A program made the position numbers and the translations under genes. Below the pieces are notes generated by a model. It had not been told where the DNA came from, did not search any database, and saw only the letters and a program-made list of their open reading frames with translations. Below, in pieces: positions 13,001-24,659 of a stretch of DNA of 64,000 nucleotides. Positions within the stretch are counted from its first letter, which is position 1. The number at the start of each line of letters is the position of its first letter. Source of the DNA: Malacoraja senta (lineage: Eukaryota); assembly GCA_038087875.1 (NCBI GenBank), contig CM075988.1, positions 19,966,001-20,030,000 on the forward strand. The letters run 5' to 3'.

Positions 13001-13415
13001 ACTGATTTTACCTAATATAGGCCCAATTGACCCAAGTGTTTTGGAGATTCTGTAGTGTGAAGAGTTGCAGCTCTTGAATTCATCATTTATCACTTTGTAC
13101 ATCCCTTCATCAAGATGACCAGCATTGATTTGTGTATTTCAGTTGTAGAAAAAGGTGTCAAGCAAAAAAGATAGTGAAAGGGATAGTGCGGCAGAGAGAG
13201 ATTGAAACAGAGAGTGGTCATTACAGAAAGAGGGAAGAGAGAGAGAAAACATCAATCTATACATAACTAAAACTCTGATCTTGTTATCTTCCAGTATGGC
13301 GGTCTTTCTATTTGCGCAAAAACGGTTCGCGATAGCGCTATGATTTTTCGCCAGTTCACTCACCGTTCTCCTGTGGTGCGAGTGCACCAGGTTTTGTTCC
13401 GATCGGTTGAATGTC
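10099..13415 (+). repeat. Copy 2 of the 3,317-bp direct duplication
   Basis: Begins TGGTGAATCTGTGG (=6582) immediately after the gap and matches through TTGAATGTC (=9898). Confidence 0.97.
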
Positions 13416-13604
13416 GTAAAAGTTAGCGAGGTTTTAAAATCTTTACAACCACGCGTGCGCAGATCGATCTCTTCTCCTGCCAGTCAGCGCTGCGTGGATT
13501 AGTCTCTTCCCCCGTAACTCCCCGGGATGGTCCGCCCCTTCCTGCGCCATTGCGTCTTTACTGGAGTTGAGGAGGTTTCCAACCGGACTTTCGGAGGGAC
13601 CTGA

Positions 13605-13770
13605 AGCAGCCCAGCCCCAAGCAGCAGCCCCGCCCCAAACAGCAGCCCCGCCCCAAGCAGCAGCCCCTCCCCAAGCAGCAGCCCAGCATCGGAGACCCAT
13701 CCCAGCCCAGCGTGGGAGACCCAGCCCAGCGACCCAGCCCAGCCCAGAGCCGGGGATCCAGCCCAGCCCG
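13605..13770 (+). repeat. 18-bp minisatellite (CCCCAAGCAGCAGCCCCG) ~4 copies followed by CAGCC-based repeats
   Basis: Directly visible tandem units. Confidence 0.85.
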
Positions 13771-13889
13771 GAGTTGGAAATGTCGCCGATGTCGCCAAAT
13801 GGAAAGGGGAGACTCTGATCCCGGCGGAGGACCAGCGACCAGTGCCTGCCGTGAGTTCCCATCACACTGCCAATTCCAGCCACTACCCC

Positions 13890-14620
13890 TCTGCTCCCCC
13901 TCGCTGGCTCCTCCCCCTCCCCCATGATCCCCCCTCTCCCCCATGGCTCTTCCCCCATCTTTTCTCCAAGCTAACTCCCCCTCCGCCCAAACAACCCCCC
14001 CGCCCACACACCCCACCCCCACAAGCCCCCCGCCCACACAACCCCACCCCACACACCCCCGCCACACACACCCCCACACACCCCCGCCCACACCCCCCCG
14101 CCCACACCCCCTTGCCCCCACAACTCCCCTCCATATACCTCACCAGACACCCCCCCACACACTCCCCCACACACCCCGCCTCCCACACCCCCCCCCCGCC
14201 ACACACTCCCCCACACCCCCCCCACCACACCCCCCCCACACACACACACCCACACACACACCCCGCCCACACCCCCTTGCCCCCACAACTCCCCCCACAA
14301 CCCCCCCATATACCCTCACCAGACACCTCCCCACACTCCCCCCACACCCTGCCGCACACACACACCCACGGCACACACCCCCCCACACACCCCGCCGCAC
14401 ACACACACCCCCGCCCACACCCCCCTGCCCCCACAACTCCCCCCACAACCCCCCCCCCCACATACCCTCCCCAGACACTCCCCCACACACCTCCGCCCAC
14501 ATCCCCCACAACCCCCCCTCCCCCACAACCCCCCCTCCCCCACAAACCCCCCACCCCACAACTCTGTCCCCACAACACCCCTCCCGCCCCCACAACCTCC
14601 CCTGCCCCACATCCCCACCC
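13890..14620. repeat. C/A-rich low-complexity tract (G-run-rich on the minus strand)
   Basis: Almost only C and A, with recurring CCCCGCCCACACCCCCTTGCCCCCACAACTCCCC units. Confidence 0.9.
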
Positions 14621-14675
14621 AACAGGTCCCACTTAGTCTCGTAGCTGATTAAAGATGAAATCAAGTTCATTATTC

Positions 14676-14755
14676 AGGGTTCTGTGAGTTGAGGGTTCAG
14701 TGAGTTGAGGGTTCAGTGAGTTGAGGGTTCAGTGAGTTGAGGGTTCTGTGAGTTA
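14676..14755 (+). repeat. 16-bp tandem repeat AGGGTTC(A/T)GTGAGTTG x5 at the 5' end of the CR1
   Basis: Five consecutive units, ending 86 bp upstream of the ORF1 ATG. Confidence 0.9.
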
Positions 14756-14841
14756 AGAGTACAGTATTTATTAGTAAAGGTACAGTTTAAAGGATAAAGA
14801 TTTTATAGTGTGAAGGAGTTGATTTAATTTGGGAGTAAGCT

Positions 14842-15783
14842 ATGTCAGTGGAGATTGGCCCCGTGGTTTGCTCAGCCTGCAACATGTGGGAGATCAGGGA
14901 TATGGTTGGTGTCCCTGGTGACTACGTTTGCAGGAAGTGTGTCCAGCTGCAGCTCCTGGCAGACCGCATTGAACGATTGGAGCTGCGGTTGGATTCATAC
15001 TGGAGCATCCACGATGCTGAGAAAGTCGTGAATAATACGTACAGTGAGTTGGTCACACCGCAGGTAAAAGGTAAGAGGACAGAAAGGAAACGGGTGGCCA
15101 ATAGCCAGCATAGCAGTAGGCAGGTAGTGCAGGAGTCCCCTGCGGTCATCTCCCTCCTAAACAGGTATACCATTTTGGATACTGTTGGGGGAGATGGCTC
15201 ATCAGGGGAAGGCAGCAGCAGCCAAGTTCATGGCACCATGGGTGGCTCTGCGGCACAGGAGGGGAGGAAAAAGAGTGGAAGGGCAATAGTAATAGGGGAT
15301 TCCATTGTAAGGGGGATAGGCGTTTCTGCGGCCGCAAACGAGACTCCAGGATGGTATGTTGCCTCCCTGGTGCAAGGGTCAGGGATGTCACTGAACGGCT
15401 ACAGAACATTCTGGAGGGGGAGGGTGAACAGCCAGTTGCCGTGGTGCACATTGGCACCAACGATATAGGTAAAAAAAGGGATGAGGTCCTACAAGGTGAA
15501 TTTAGGGAGCTAGGAGATAAACTTAAAAGTAGGACCTCAAAGGTAATAATCTCTGGATTACTACCAGTACCACGGGCTAGTCAGAGTAGAAATAGGAGGA
15601 TATTGCAGATGAATACGTGGCTTGAAAAATGTGCAAGGGGGAGGGATTCAAATTTTTAGGGCATTGGAACCAGTTCTGGGGGAGGTGGGACCAGTACAAA
15701 CAGGACGGTCTGCACCTGGGCTGGAATGGAACCAATGTCCTTGGGGGAGTGTTTGCTAGTGCTGTCGGGGAGGATTTAAACTA
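14842..15783 (+). pseudogene. CR1 ORF1: N-terminal zinc finger/leucine zipper plus SGNH(GDSL)-esterase domain, frameshifted
   Basis: CSAC..CRKC followed by LLADRIERLELRL. Esterase blocks IGDSIVRG, VHIGTND and DGLHL are spread over successive frames (shifts near 15320 and 15630). Confidence 0.9.
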
Positions 15784-15969
15784 ATGTGGCAGGGGGATGG
15801 GTGCAAGAGCAGAGAGGCAGAGGGTGTAAAATGAGGGTAGAAGCAATAGGTAGCAAGGTGAAAAGTAAAAGTGGCAGGCAGACAAATCCAGGGCAAAAAT
15901 CAAAAAGGGCCACTTTTCAACATAATTGTATAAAGGGTAAGAGTGTTGTAAAAAACAAGCCTGAAGGCT

Positions 15970-18752
15970 TTGTATCTTAATGCAAGGAGCATTCGTAATA
16001 AGGTGGATGAGTTGAATGTGCAGATAGTTATTAATGAATATGATATAGTTGGGATCACGGAGACATGGCTCCAGGGTGACCAAGGCTGGAAGCTGAACAT
16101 CCAGGGATATTCAATATTCAGGAGGGATAGACAGAAAGGAAAAGGAGGCGGAGTAACATTGCTGGTTAGAGAGGAGATTAACGCAATAGAAAGGAAGGAC
16201 ATTAGCTTGGAGGATGTGGAATCGATATGGGTAGAGCTGCGAAACACTAAGGGGCAGAAAACGCTAGTGGGAGTTGTGTACATGCCACCTAACAGTAGTA
16301 GTGGAGTTGGGGATGGCATCAAACAGGAAATTAGAAATGCGTGCAACAAAGGTAAAACATTTATAATGGGTGACTTCAATCTACATATAGATTGGGTGAA
16401 TCAAATTGGCAGGGGTGCTGAGGAAGAGGATTTCTTGGAATGTATGCGGGATAGTTTTCTAAACCAACATGTAGAGGAACCAACGAGAGAGCAGGCTATT
16501 CTAGACTGGGTATTGAGTAATGAGGAAGGGTTAGTTAGCAGTCTTGTTGTGCGTGGCCCCTTGGGCAAGAGTGACCATAATATGGTTGAGTTCTTCATTA
16601 GGATGGAGAGTGACATTGTTAATTCAGAAACAAGGGTCCTGAACTTAAAGAAAGGTGACTTTGAGGGTATGAGACGTGAATTGGCCAAGATAGACTGGCA
16701 AATGATTCTTAAAGGGTTGACGGTGGATATGCAATGGAAAGCATTTAAAATCTGCATGGATGAACTACAATTGTTCATCCCAGTTTGGCAAAAGAATAAA
16801 TCGGGGAAGGTAGTGCATCCGTGGATAACAAGGGAAATCAGGGATAGTATCAAAACAAAAGATGAAGCGTACAAATTAGCCAGAAAAAGCAGCCTACCAG
16901 AGGACTGGGAGAAATTCAGAGTCCAGCAGAGGAGGACAAAAGGCTTAATTAGGAAAGGGAAAATAGATTATGAAAGAAAACTGGTAGGGAACATAAAAAC
17001 TGACTCCAAAAGTTTTTATAGATTAGTTAAAACAAATGTAGGTCCCTTGCAGTCAGAAACAGGCGAATTGATCATGGGGAACAAGGATATGGCAGACCAA
17101 TTGAATAACTACTTTGGTTCTGTCTTCACTAAGGAAGACATAAATAATCTGCCGGAAATAGCAAGGGACCGGGGGTTAAATGAGATGGAGGAACTGAGTG
17201 AAATCCAGGTTAGCCGGGAAGTGGTGTTAGGTAAATTGAATGGATTAAAGGCCGATAAATCCCCAGGGCCAGATAGGTTGCATCCCAGAGTACTTAAGGA
17301 AGTAGCCGCAGAAATAGTGGATGCATTAGTGATAATTTTTCAAAACTCTTTAGATTCTGGAGTAGTTCCTGAGGACTGGAGGGTAGCTAATGTAACCCCA
17401 CTTTTTTAAAAAGGGAGGGAGAGAGAAAACGGGGAATTACAGACCAGTTAGTCTAACATCGGTGGTGGGGAAAATTCTGGAGTCAGTTATTAAAGATGGG
17501 ATAGCAGAACATCTGGAAAGTGGTGAATTCATTGGACAAAGTCAGCATGGATTTATGAAAGGTAAATCATGTCTGACGAATCTTATAGAATTTTTCGGGG
17601 ATGTAACTAGTAGAGTGGATAAGGGAGAACCAGTGGATGTGTTATATCTGGACTTCCAGAAGGCTTTCGACAAGGTCCCACATAAGAGATTAGTATGCAA
17701 ACCTAAAGCACACGGTATTGGGGGTTCAGTGTTGATGTGGATAGAGAACTGGCTGGCAGACAGGAAGCAAAGAGTAGGAGTAAACGGGTCCTTTTCAGAA
17801 TGGCAGGCAGTGACTAGTGGGGTACCGCAAGGCTCAGTGCTGGGACCCCAGCTATTTACAATATAAATTAATGAACTAGATGAGGGAATTGAATGCAACA
17901 TCTCCAAGTTTGCGGATGACACGAAGCTGGGGGGCAGTGTTAGCTGTGAGGAGGATGCTAGGAGGCTGCAAGGTGACTTGGATAGGTTGGGTGAGTGGGC
18001 AAATGCATGGCAGATGCATAATGTGGATAAATGTGAGGTTATCCACTTTGGTGGCAAAAACAGGAAAGTAGACTATTATCTGAATGGTGGCCGATTAGGA
18101 AAAGGGGAGATGCAACGAGACCTGGGTGTCATGGTACACCAGTCATTGAAAGTAGGCATGCAGGTGCAGCAGGCAGTGAAGAAAGTGAATGGTATGTTAG
18201 CATTCATAGCAAAAGGATTTGAGTATAAGAGCAGGGAGGTTCTACTGCAGTTGTACAGGGTCTTCGTGAGACCACACCTGGAGTATTGCGTACAGTTTTG
18301 GTCTCCTAATCTGAGGAAAGACATTCTTGCCATAGAGGGAGTACAGAGAAGGTTCACCAGACTGATTCCTGGGATGGCAGGACTTTCATATGAAGAAAGA
18401 CTGGATAGACTCGGCTTATACACGCTAGAATTTAGAAGATTGAGGGGGGATCTTAAAGAAACTTACAAAATTCTTAAGGGGTTGGACAGGCTAGATGCAG
18501 GTAGATTTTTCCCCGATGTTGGGGAAGTCCAGAACTAGGGGTCACAGTTTAAGGATAAGAGGGGAGTCTTTTAGGACCGAGATGAGAAAATCATTTTTTA
18601 CACAGAGTGGTGAATCTGTGGAATTCTCTGCCACAGAAGGTAGTTGAGGCCAGTTCATTGGCTATATTTAAGAGGGAGTTAGATGTGGCCCTTGTGGCTA
18701 AAGGGATCAGGGGGTATGGAGAGAAGGCAGGGATGGGATACGGAGTTGGATG
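15970..18752 (+). pseudogene. CR1 ORF2: APE endonuclease plus reverse transcriptase, with stops and frameshifts
   Basis: EN motifs YLNARSIRNK, ITETW, GDFN, SDH. RT motifs QHGF, LDFQKAFDKVPH, GVPQGSVLGP, FADDT. Broken near 17409, 17866, ~18020 and ~18510. Confidence 0.95.
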
Positions 18753-18858
18753 ATCAGCCATGATCATATCGAATGGCGGTGCAGGCTCGAAGGGCCGAAT
18801 GGCCTACTCCTGCACCTATTTTCTATGTTTCTATGTTTCTATTATTAGAGAGGGTATA

Positions 18859-18993
18859 CAGTGTCCACCATAATGTTTGGGACAAAGACCCATCATTTAT
18901 GCAATTCTTTTCTATTACAAATCTCAAATTGTGGAGTACAGAGGCAAATAAATAAATGATGGGTCTTTGTCACAAATATTATGGAGGGTACTG
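18859..18993. mobile_element. Tc1/mariner-type MITE (collapsed, ~42-bp imperfect TIRs)
   Basis: TA|CAGTGTCCACCATAATGTTTGGGACAAAGACCCATCATTTAT ... ATAAATGATGGGTCTTTGTCACAAATATTATGGAGGGTACTG|TG. CAGT termini, TA on the left side. Confidence 0.75.
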
Positions 18994-19064
18994 TGAGGGT
19001 GTTTGGTATTACAGACATGTTTTCAGTCATTACTGTTTGGATCTGTTGATACCTTGTTGTTCAA

Positions 19065-19205
19065 GAATATTAAACATTTGGAAGGTTTAGAGGGATATGG
19101 AATAAATGCGGGAAAATTGAACTAGCTTAGATAGTGCATCTTGGACGGCATGCACAGGTTGGGCCAAGGGGCCTGTATCTATGCTGTATAACTTCATGAT
19201 TCCAT
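19065..19205 (+). mobile_element. Old CR1 3' end fragment
   Basis: GGTTTAGAGGGATATGG..GGTTGGGCCAAGGGGCCTGTATCTATGCTGTATAACTTCATGA. Confidence 0.7.
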
Positions 19206-21859
19206 GTGCCAAGACAGACACCATCTCACAGTCAACTGGGAAAATCAGTGGGAAAAGGACAAAAATATAGAACTTCTTTAGAATAAGAAGCAAGCATTCT
19301 ACTTGCCAAAAGAAATGTGATTAAAGAGGTAAGTGTCAACATAAAACTAAATGAAAAAGCACACAAGAGGCATGAAAAAGTGCAGATCCTGAGAAAGATA
19401 CAAAGATCAGCAAAAAATGATAACATAGTAAAGGCTACAGAAAAGATATATGAAAGAAACAGCAAGAGATACAAAATCAGCACAAAAATGTATAAATATA
19501 CATCAAAAAATGGCTGATGAGAAGCAGTATGGTGCCAATAAAAATGGATAACAATAATACTGTAAACAAAATCAAGGAATTGGTAAGAGCTGAATGGTTG
19601 CCTTTCTCCAATATTTACATTAGAACTTGCAATGATCAAAATTAAAGTTAAGTCGAGTTTACTGTCATATGTATGATTTCAGTGAAGTACAGGTACAATG
19701 AAAAACTTGCTTTATGCAGCGTCACAGGCACAGACTGAGACAACACACATAAAATAAATTATACATGAACTTCAACAATTAAACAATTCAACAGTATGAA
19801 AGAAGGACCGATTTCCAGGACGAAGTGATTTCCATCCCAGTGCTTAAACAAAGAGGTTTTCAAAATTAATCATAATAACCAGCGAAATGCAGGCTGCTGT
19901 ATCTAGAAAACTAGATTACTCCAGGGCAGAAGCTATACTGCAGTGAAGCAGATTAGCTCACATCTGGTGTGCTGTGAACAGATCTGTGAGGAAAAATACA
20001 ATTCCAGAAAAACGTTTTTAAATGAATGTACTGTATGTATGTGCGAATGTACAATGGATGGACAGGCAGCCCAGTCGTAATAAGTAGAATCACACTATTT
20101 TTCACATTTCCTCTTTCCCACATTTGCTCATGAAATGGATGACGTTATTCAGCACAAGAGTCTAGATGGGGCTCAGATCTCTCCCATCAAAACTATCACC
20201 CCCCACCCCCTTGCTATCTTTTCCCTTTCAAGCGTTAATCAGCATTACCCTGATTTTCCCATCACCCAACTAAATGTCAAAAGAACGTATCAGCGTGTCA
20301 TTGGGACATGAACGAACATTGGAGTTCCCAGAGGAAACCCACACAGATACAGGGAGCATGTATAAATCCACACGCACAGCACAGGAGGTCAGCATTGAAC
20401 CCAGAGCTGCTCGGCTCCAATAATTGGATCACTATACTACCTTGAACCAACCCACAAAGTTACTGCTGAAATTATGGATACTTTTTTTTCACTGAATGCT
20501 GGTTTAGATTGATCCAAATAATTACCATATAGGGAAAGACATCTGATTTTGGTTTGGCATTTTGACCTCCAGAAATTAAAGATCAGTATCCACAAAGAAA
20601 TGGAGAAGTAATATCTTAATACAAAGGTGGTGGGAAGGTAGAACTCACTCCCAAAGGAAGTGATTGAGCCGAAAATAATAGAACTGTTGTTAATACTGGC
20701 CAAATTAAAGACACCATAAAATGGAGGGTACCTGCACTCGTCAGAATTACTTAACCCTTGTCAGCTGAAATTTACAAGCTTTGGATGGCGCCAGTCAGTC
20801 TAGGCTCAGACTGGTATGCATGATGGTGAGTGGTCCAGGTGTTCTCCTTGTTTCTCCTAAACAGTATAGCAGTTTTGCAAATGAACCCTAAATGCATCAT
20901 TTTGATTGGATCATTGCAAGGGCATTGTAAATAGTATAAATAATGTTGCGAGACGGTCATCCTGTTGGTTGATGATTGGTCGAACTGTTGAGCCTTGGAG
21001 AAACTGTTTGAATCTCAGGACACATGATTCAGTGTTTATTATTGTTTACTTCCTTCCAGAAGCTCAGTTTGAATACAATGTATTAGTTACTGTATTATTG
21101 GGTTTACCTGCGTCACCTTTTGGAGTGTCTCTGCTTGCACAAGGCTCGGAGGACTTGGCCAGGCAGGTACATGGATCGAACCCGCGGTGGTTAGGTATAG
21201 TAGTGGGGAATTGTTATTGTGTTTTTACAAAATAAATGTTAGATGCGCAAGTGCTTGACTCAGTATTTTATTGACTGAAACTAGACTGGGGGAAGCTTAG
21301 AACGAGTTATTTACACTGTGAGCACCTGCTGCTGTGGGGGCATTGTGGTGACGAGCAGAGTTCCCAGATTATTGGATGGCACTCCACCACACTTTTATGC
21401 CATTTTCTTTTTAACATATCACATGGTAAGATAATAAACTTTCCCATTAAATAAGTTAAAACAAGCTGAAACATAACAGCATTGTGGATCTCAGTTCCGA
21501 CTGTAAACCTCCTCCCGTTTCTGACATCCCACATTCCTGAGCAAACCTTGGCTTTGGCCGCACACCCGGTCTGCACTCCAAACTCCCCGTCCACAGTCTG
21601 CACCCTTGAATCTGGACCCCCTAGCTCACTTTCTGGATTACGTAAGTAAGCCAAATAGCTAACCACTGGATTTTCTAAATAACTGGATCTTATCAGTTTT
21701 ACTGCACAGACGTATTTAGAAGGAGGTTGGACAAGTGTATGAGAGAAAGATGATAGTGGAGAATGCTAATAGATTTACGGAAAGGAAGTCAAGTGAAGGA
21801 TGGATGATAGTGGGGCCAAATGACTTCTTTCTGTGTCATATACCCAATGCAATTATTTT

Positions 21860-22335
21860 AAGCTGGAAAGAGTGCAGAGATTTACGAGAAAGTTGCGTGG
21901 ACTTGAGGGCCTGAACTATAGGGATAGGTTGCACAGGCTAAAACTTTATTCCTTTCAATGCAGGAGGATGAGTGGTGATCTTATTGAAGTGTATAAGATC
22001 ATGAGGGGAATAGATACGGTGAATGCATTTTTACCCAGAGTAGGGGATTCAAAAACCAGACGACATAGGGTTACGTTGAGAGAGGAAAGATTTAATGGGA
22101 ACCTGAGGGACAATTTCTACACATAGAGGTATATGAAACGAGCTGCCACAGGAGGTGGTTGAGGCAGCTACTATAACAACATTTAAAAGACATTTGGACA
22201 GGTACATGGATAGGAAAAGTATAGAGGGACATGGGCCAAATGCTACCAGGTGGGAGTAGTATAGATGGGGCATCTTGGTTGGGGTGGGCAAGTTGGGCCA
22301 AAGGGCCTGTTTCCATGCTCTCTGACTCTATGACT
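21860..22335 (+). mobile_element. Older CR1 3' fragment
   Basis: Translates KLERVQRFTRKLRGLEGLNYRDRLHRLKLYS..GDLIEVYKIMRGID. Ends GGGCCTGTTTCCATGCT..GACTCTATGACTC. Confidence 0.85.
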
Positions 22336-22785
22336 CATCATTCTAATGCACTTGGCCCTGTGGAACGAATCCAGTAAAATAAAACTACACCCTTAACTGT
22401 GCAAATATTCACACTTCAGTGAGAAAAACTATCTTTAAAACATTAAAATATGACAGTTCCAATTAAAGGATTGCAAATTTCACTTCATCCCACAAGATCA
22501 ATAAGTCTAGAGCATCCTAAGCATCAAGTGAAATAGTGCAGCTTAAAGTAAATTATTCCCAATGAATTACCAACATCATTGCTTTTCTAAATTATGAAAT
22601 GGCCAAACTTAAGATAGTTGACTATAATTAATCAAAACTAAAGAGATCATCTTTCCAACGTGAATTCATGCCAGATCAGTACTAGGGAACTTGACGCATC
22701 CAACAACAGGAAGTCATCATGTGGTTGGAGAGCCAAACACATTTCTCATAGAGAACAAACCTGGCATACCATTAAATACCATTAA

Positions 22786-22990
22786 AAGGAAAGACACAAA
22801 GCATCAGGCAGCATCACTGGGGAACAAGGATAGGTGACTTTTCAGGCCGGGACCCTTCTTTAGATTGATAGGGTCCTGACCCAAAACATCACTTTCCCGA
22901 TTCTCCAGGGATGCCGCCTGACCCGCTGAGTTACTCCAGTATGTTTTGTCTTTACTTGGTAGACCAGCATCTGCAGTTCCTTGTCTCTAC
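22786..22990. mobile_element. Inverted pair of Penelope-like terminal modules with 12-bp TSD AAATACCATTAA
   Basis: TSD at 22774-22785 and 22991-23002. Internal ..GGGACCCTTCTT..GGGTCCTGACCC.. inversion centre. Confidence 0.75.
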
Positions 22991-23261
22991 AAATACCATT
23001 AATTTTATTTATCTATCCAAGTATTTTACAGAAAATGAAGTAAAAATTAAAACACATGCATTAAATTATGACAGATGCTTCCACATTAATACAATATCAA
23101 TGTACGATTAATTTTAAAAGGAACAATTAAAAGTCCAAAATTTTACTCAATGTCAATAACATCCATAACGATAAGGTCACTTTATTCAGGGTCAGAGAGA
23201 TTGTCTGTAGTCATTTTGTTTTGATATATATATCTCATTCGATAAGACTTATTTTGTGTGA

Positions 23262-23577
23262 GGCGTCATATTGGCACAGCAGGTAGAACTGCTGTCTCAC
23301 AGCACCAGAGACCTAGGTTTGATCCTGACCTTTGGTGATGTCTGTGTGGAGTTTGCATATTCTCCTATGACTGTGTTGGTTTCCTCCAGGTGCTCCGGTT
23401 TCCACACATCGCAAAGAAATGTGGGTTTTAAAGGTTAATCAGTCTCTGTAAATTGCCCCCCCCCCCCTTGTCGGAAATGGATGAGAAAGTGGGATAACAT
23501 TCAACAGGTGATCGATGGTCAGCATGCTCGGTGGGACGAAGGGCCTGTTTCCATGCTGTGTCTTTCAATCAATCAAT
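23262..23577 (+). mobile_element. HE1/V-SINE-like tRNA-derived SINE
   Basis: A-box-like TGGCACAGCAGGTAG, B-box-like GGTTTGATCC, V-domain TGTGTGGAGTTTGCATATTCTCC, CR1-like tail GAAGGGCCTGTTTCCATGCTG, (CAAT)n end. Confidence 0.8.
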
Positions 23578-24659
23578 TTTCAGTTTTCGTAGGCAGAATA
23601 TCATGTAAAAATGTGAAATCACTTATTCTGTGCTGAATGCATCTGCATAAACCTCTGTGGTGAATCCTATAGAGGAGAAGAGTATAACTCAGAGCTTCAA
23701 CGGTTAACTGTTAATGTGCAGATGCCAGAAGTCTCTGTCAGTTCAGAGTAATGACAACAATTGCCGATAGCTTCCATGCCATTACAGCCACAAATTCTAC
23801 ACCATTATTGTACTGTTTATTCCATGAGGGGGTTTTAGCACTCACCCCCATTAAATATTCTTGAATAGTGCATTGTCTGCATGCCACTGAGAGGTTAATG
23901 GATTGTTCCTTATGGTGATATTAAACTGTCTTCTTAGCCCTCCCCTATTTTACAGTGTCCTGGAGCTGAACTAAAACATCCATTTTATCATCCACACAGC
24001 AGGCTATCCAGTAAAGCACTAGAAGAAATTATCCTGACAATCAGCTGTGATCTACAATTAGTAGGCGTTTTAACAACTGAAATAGCACTGGGAGGACAGG
24101 GTTTGCTGTTTATTGCTGAAGAATTGAATGTTATACAGTGATCTTGCTGATCACAGATAGCAGTAATGCTCCTCTACTCGCACACAGATGTGTGGATGTG
24201 TTAAGTGGATCCCCAGCAACATCAGTATGCCGAGAGCGGCCACTGATCAGGTGGCTAACAAGTCATGACTACTTCATGTTGACCATCAGATGTTTCTGCA
24301 GAAGTATCAGAAGTGGCAAGAAGCCAGAACAATCAGAAACAACTGAATCTGGCGCTGAGTCTTCTCGTTTCATTTCACAGCAGTCTGGCGCCATTTGGAC
24401 TCCGACTGAAACCTGCGACCAGTCAGTCAGCACACATGCTCCGTCCAAATGCAGCAGCTGCCAGGATAACAGTGCAAAGCAAAATGCCACAGCATCTCAT
24501 TTAATTTTATGGTTAACAGGACAGGTTCTTCACTCCTGCCGCAGACCCCTCCCCCCACACACCCCCTCCAGGATATTGATAGCATTTTTTTCAGAAAACC
24601 ACAGAAACCATGTGTACCCTGTCTTGCCTATCTTTCTCTGGTACCATCCTCCTAAGCAT

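Larger units (their letters stand above)
13256..14641 (+). mobile_element. Probable non-autonomous Helitron-type element with internal tandem and low-complexity repeats
   Basis: 5' end A|TCTATACATAACTAAAACTCTGATCTTG. 3' end ACCCAACAGGTCCCACTTAGTCTCG|T (CTAG-like terminus after a degenerate hairpin). Sits between A and T with no TSD. Abrupt switch to GC/CpG-rich sequence. Confidence 0.6.
14676..18842 (+). mobile_element. Near full-length CR1 LINE (family A), inactivated
   Basis: ORF1 and ORF2 in tandem, 3' GGCCGAATGGCCTACTCCTGCACC motif and (TTCTATGT)n tail. The 5' boundary is approximate. Confidence 0.95.

Noticed and set aside
6582..13415. LTR pair or real tandem segmental duplication
   Set aside because: Both copies end exactly at the gap, appear identical, have no TG..CA ends, PBS or TSD, and include unrelated old repeats. 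Contig overlap is more parsimonious.
13443..14670. Long Pro/His/Thr-rich and Gly/Val/Cys-rich ORFs (up to 264 aa) on both strands
   Set aside because: They arise from a C/A-only low-complexity tract that lacks stop codons; several frames are open at once, which indicates composition rather than coding.
14676..14755. CRISPR-like or telomeric repeat array
   Set aside because: Head-to-tail 16-mers with no spacers, not TTAGGG, in a vertebrate context.
15146..18423. Multiple minus-strand ORFs of 100-170 aa
   Set aside because: Antisense shadows of CR1 ORF1/ORF2; the same applies to plus-strand ORFs over the minus-strand CR1s at 27-29 kb and 58 kb.
19300..19520. Lys-rich ORF and hydrophobic antisense ORF (19232-19639)
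   Set aside because: The A-rich sequence resembles a highly decayed CR1 ORF2 linker; the antisense ORF is its T-rich mirror.
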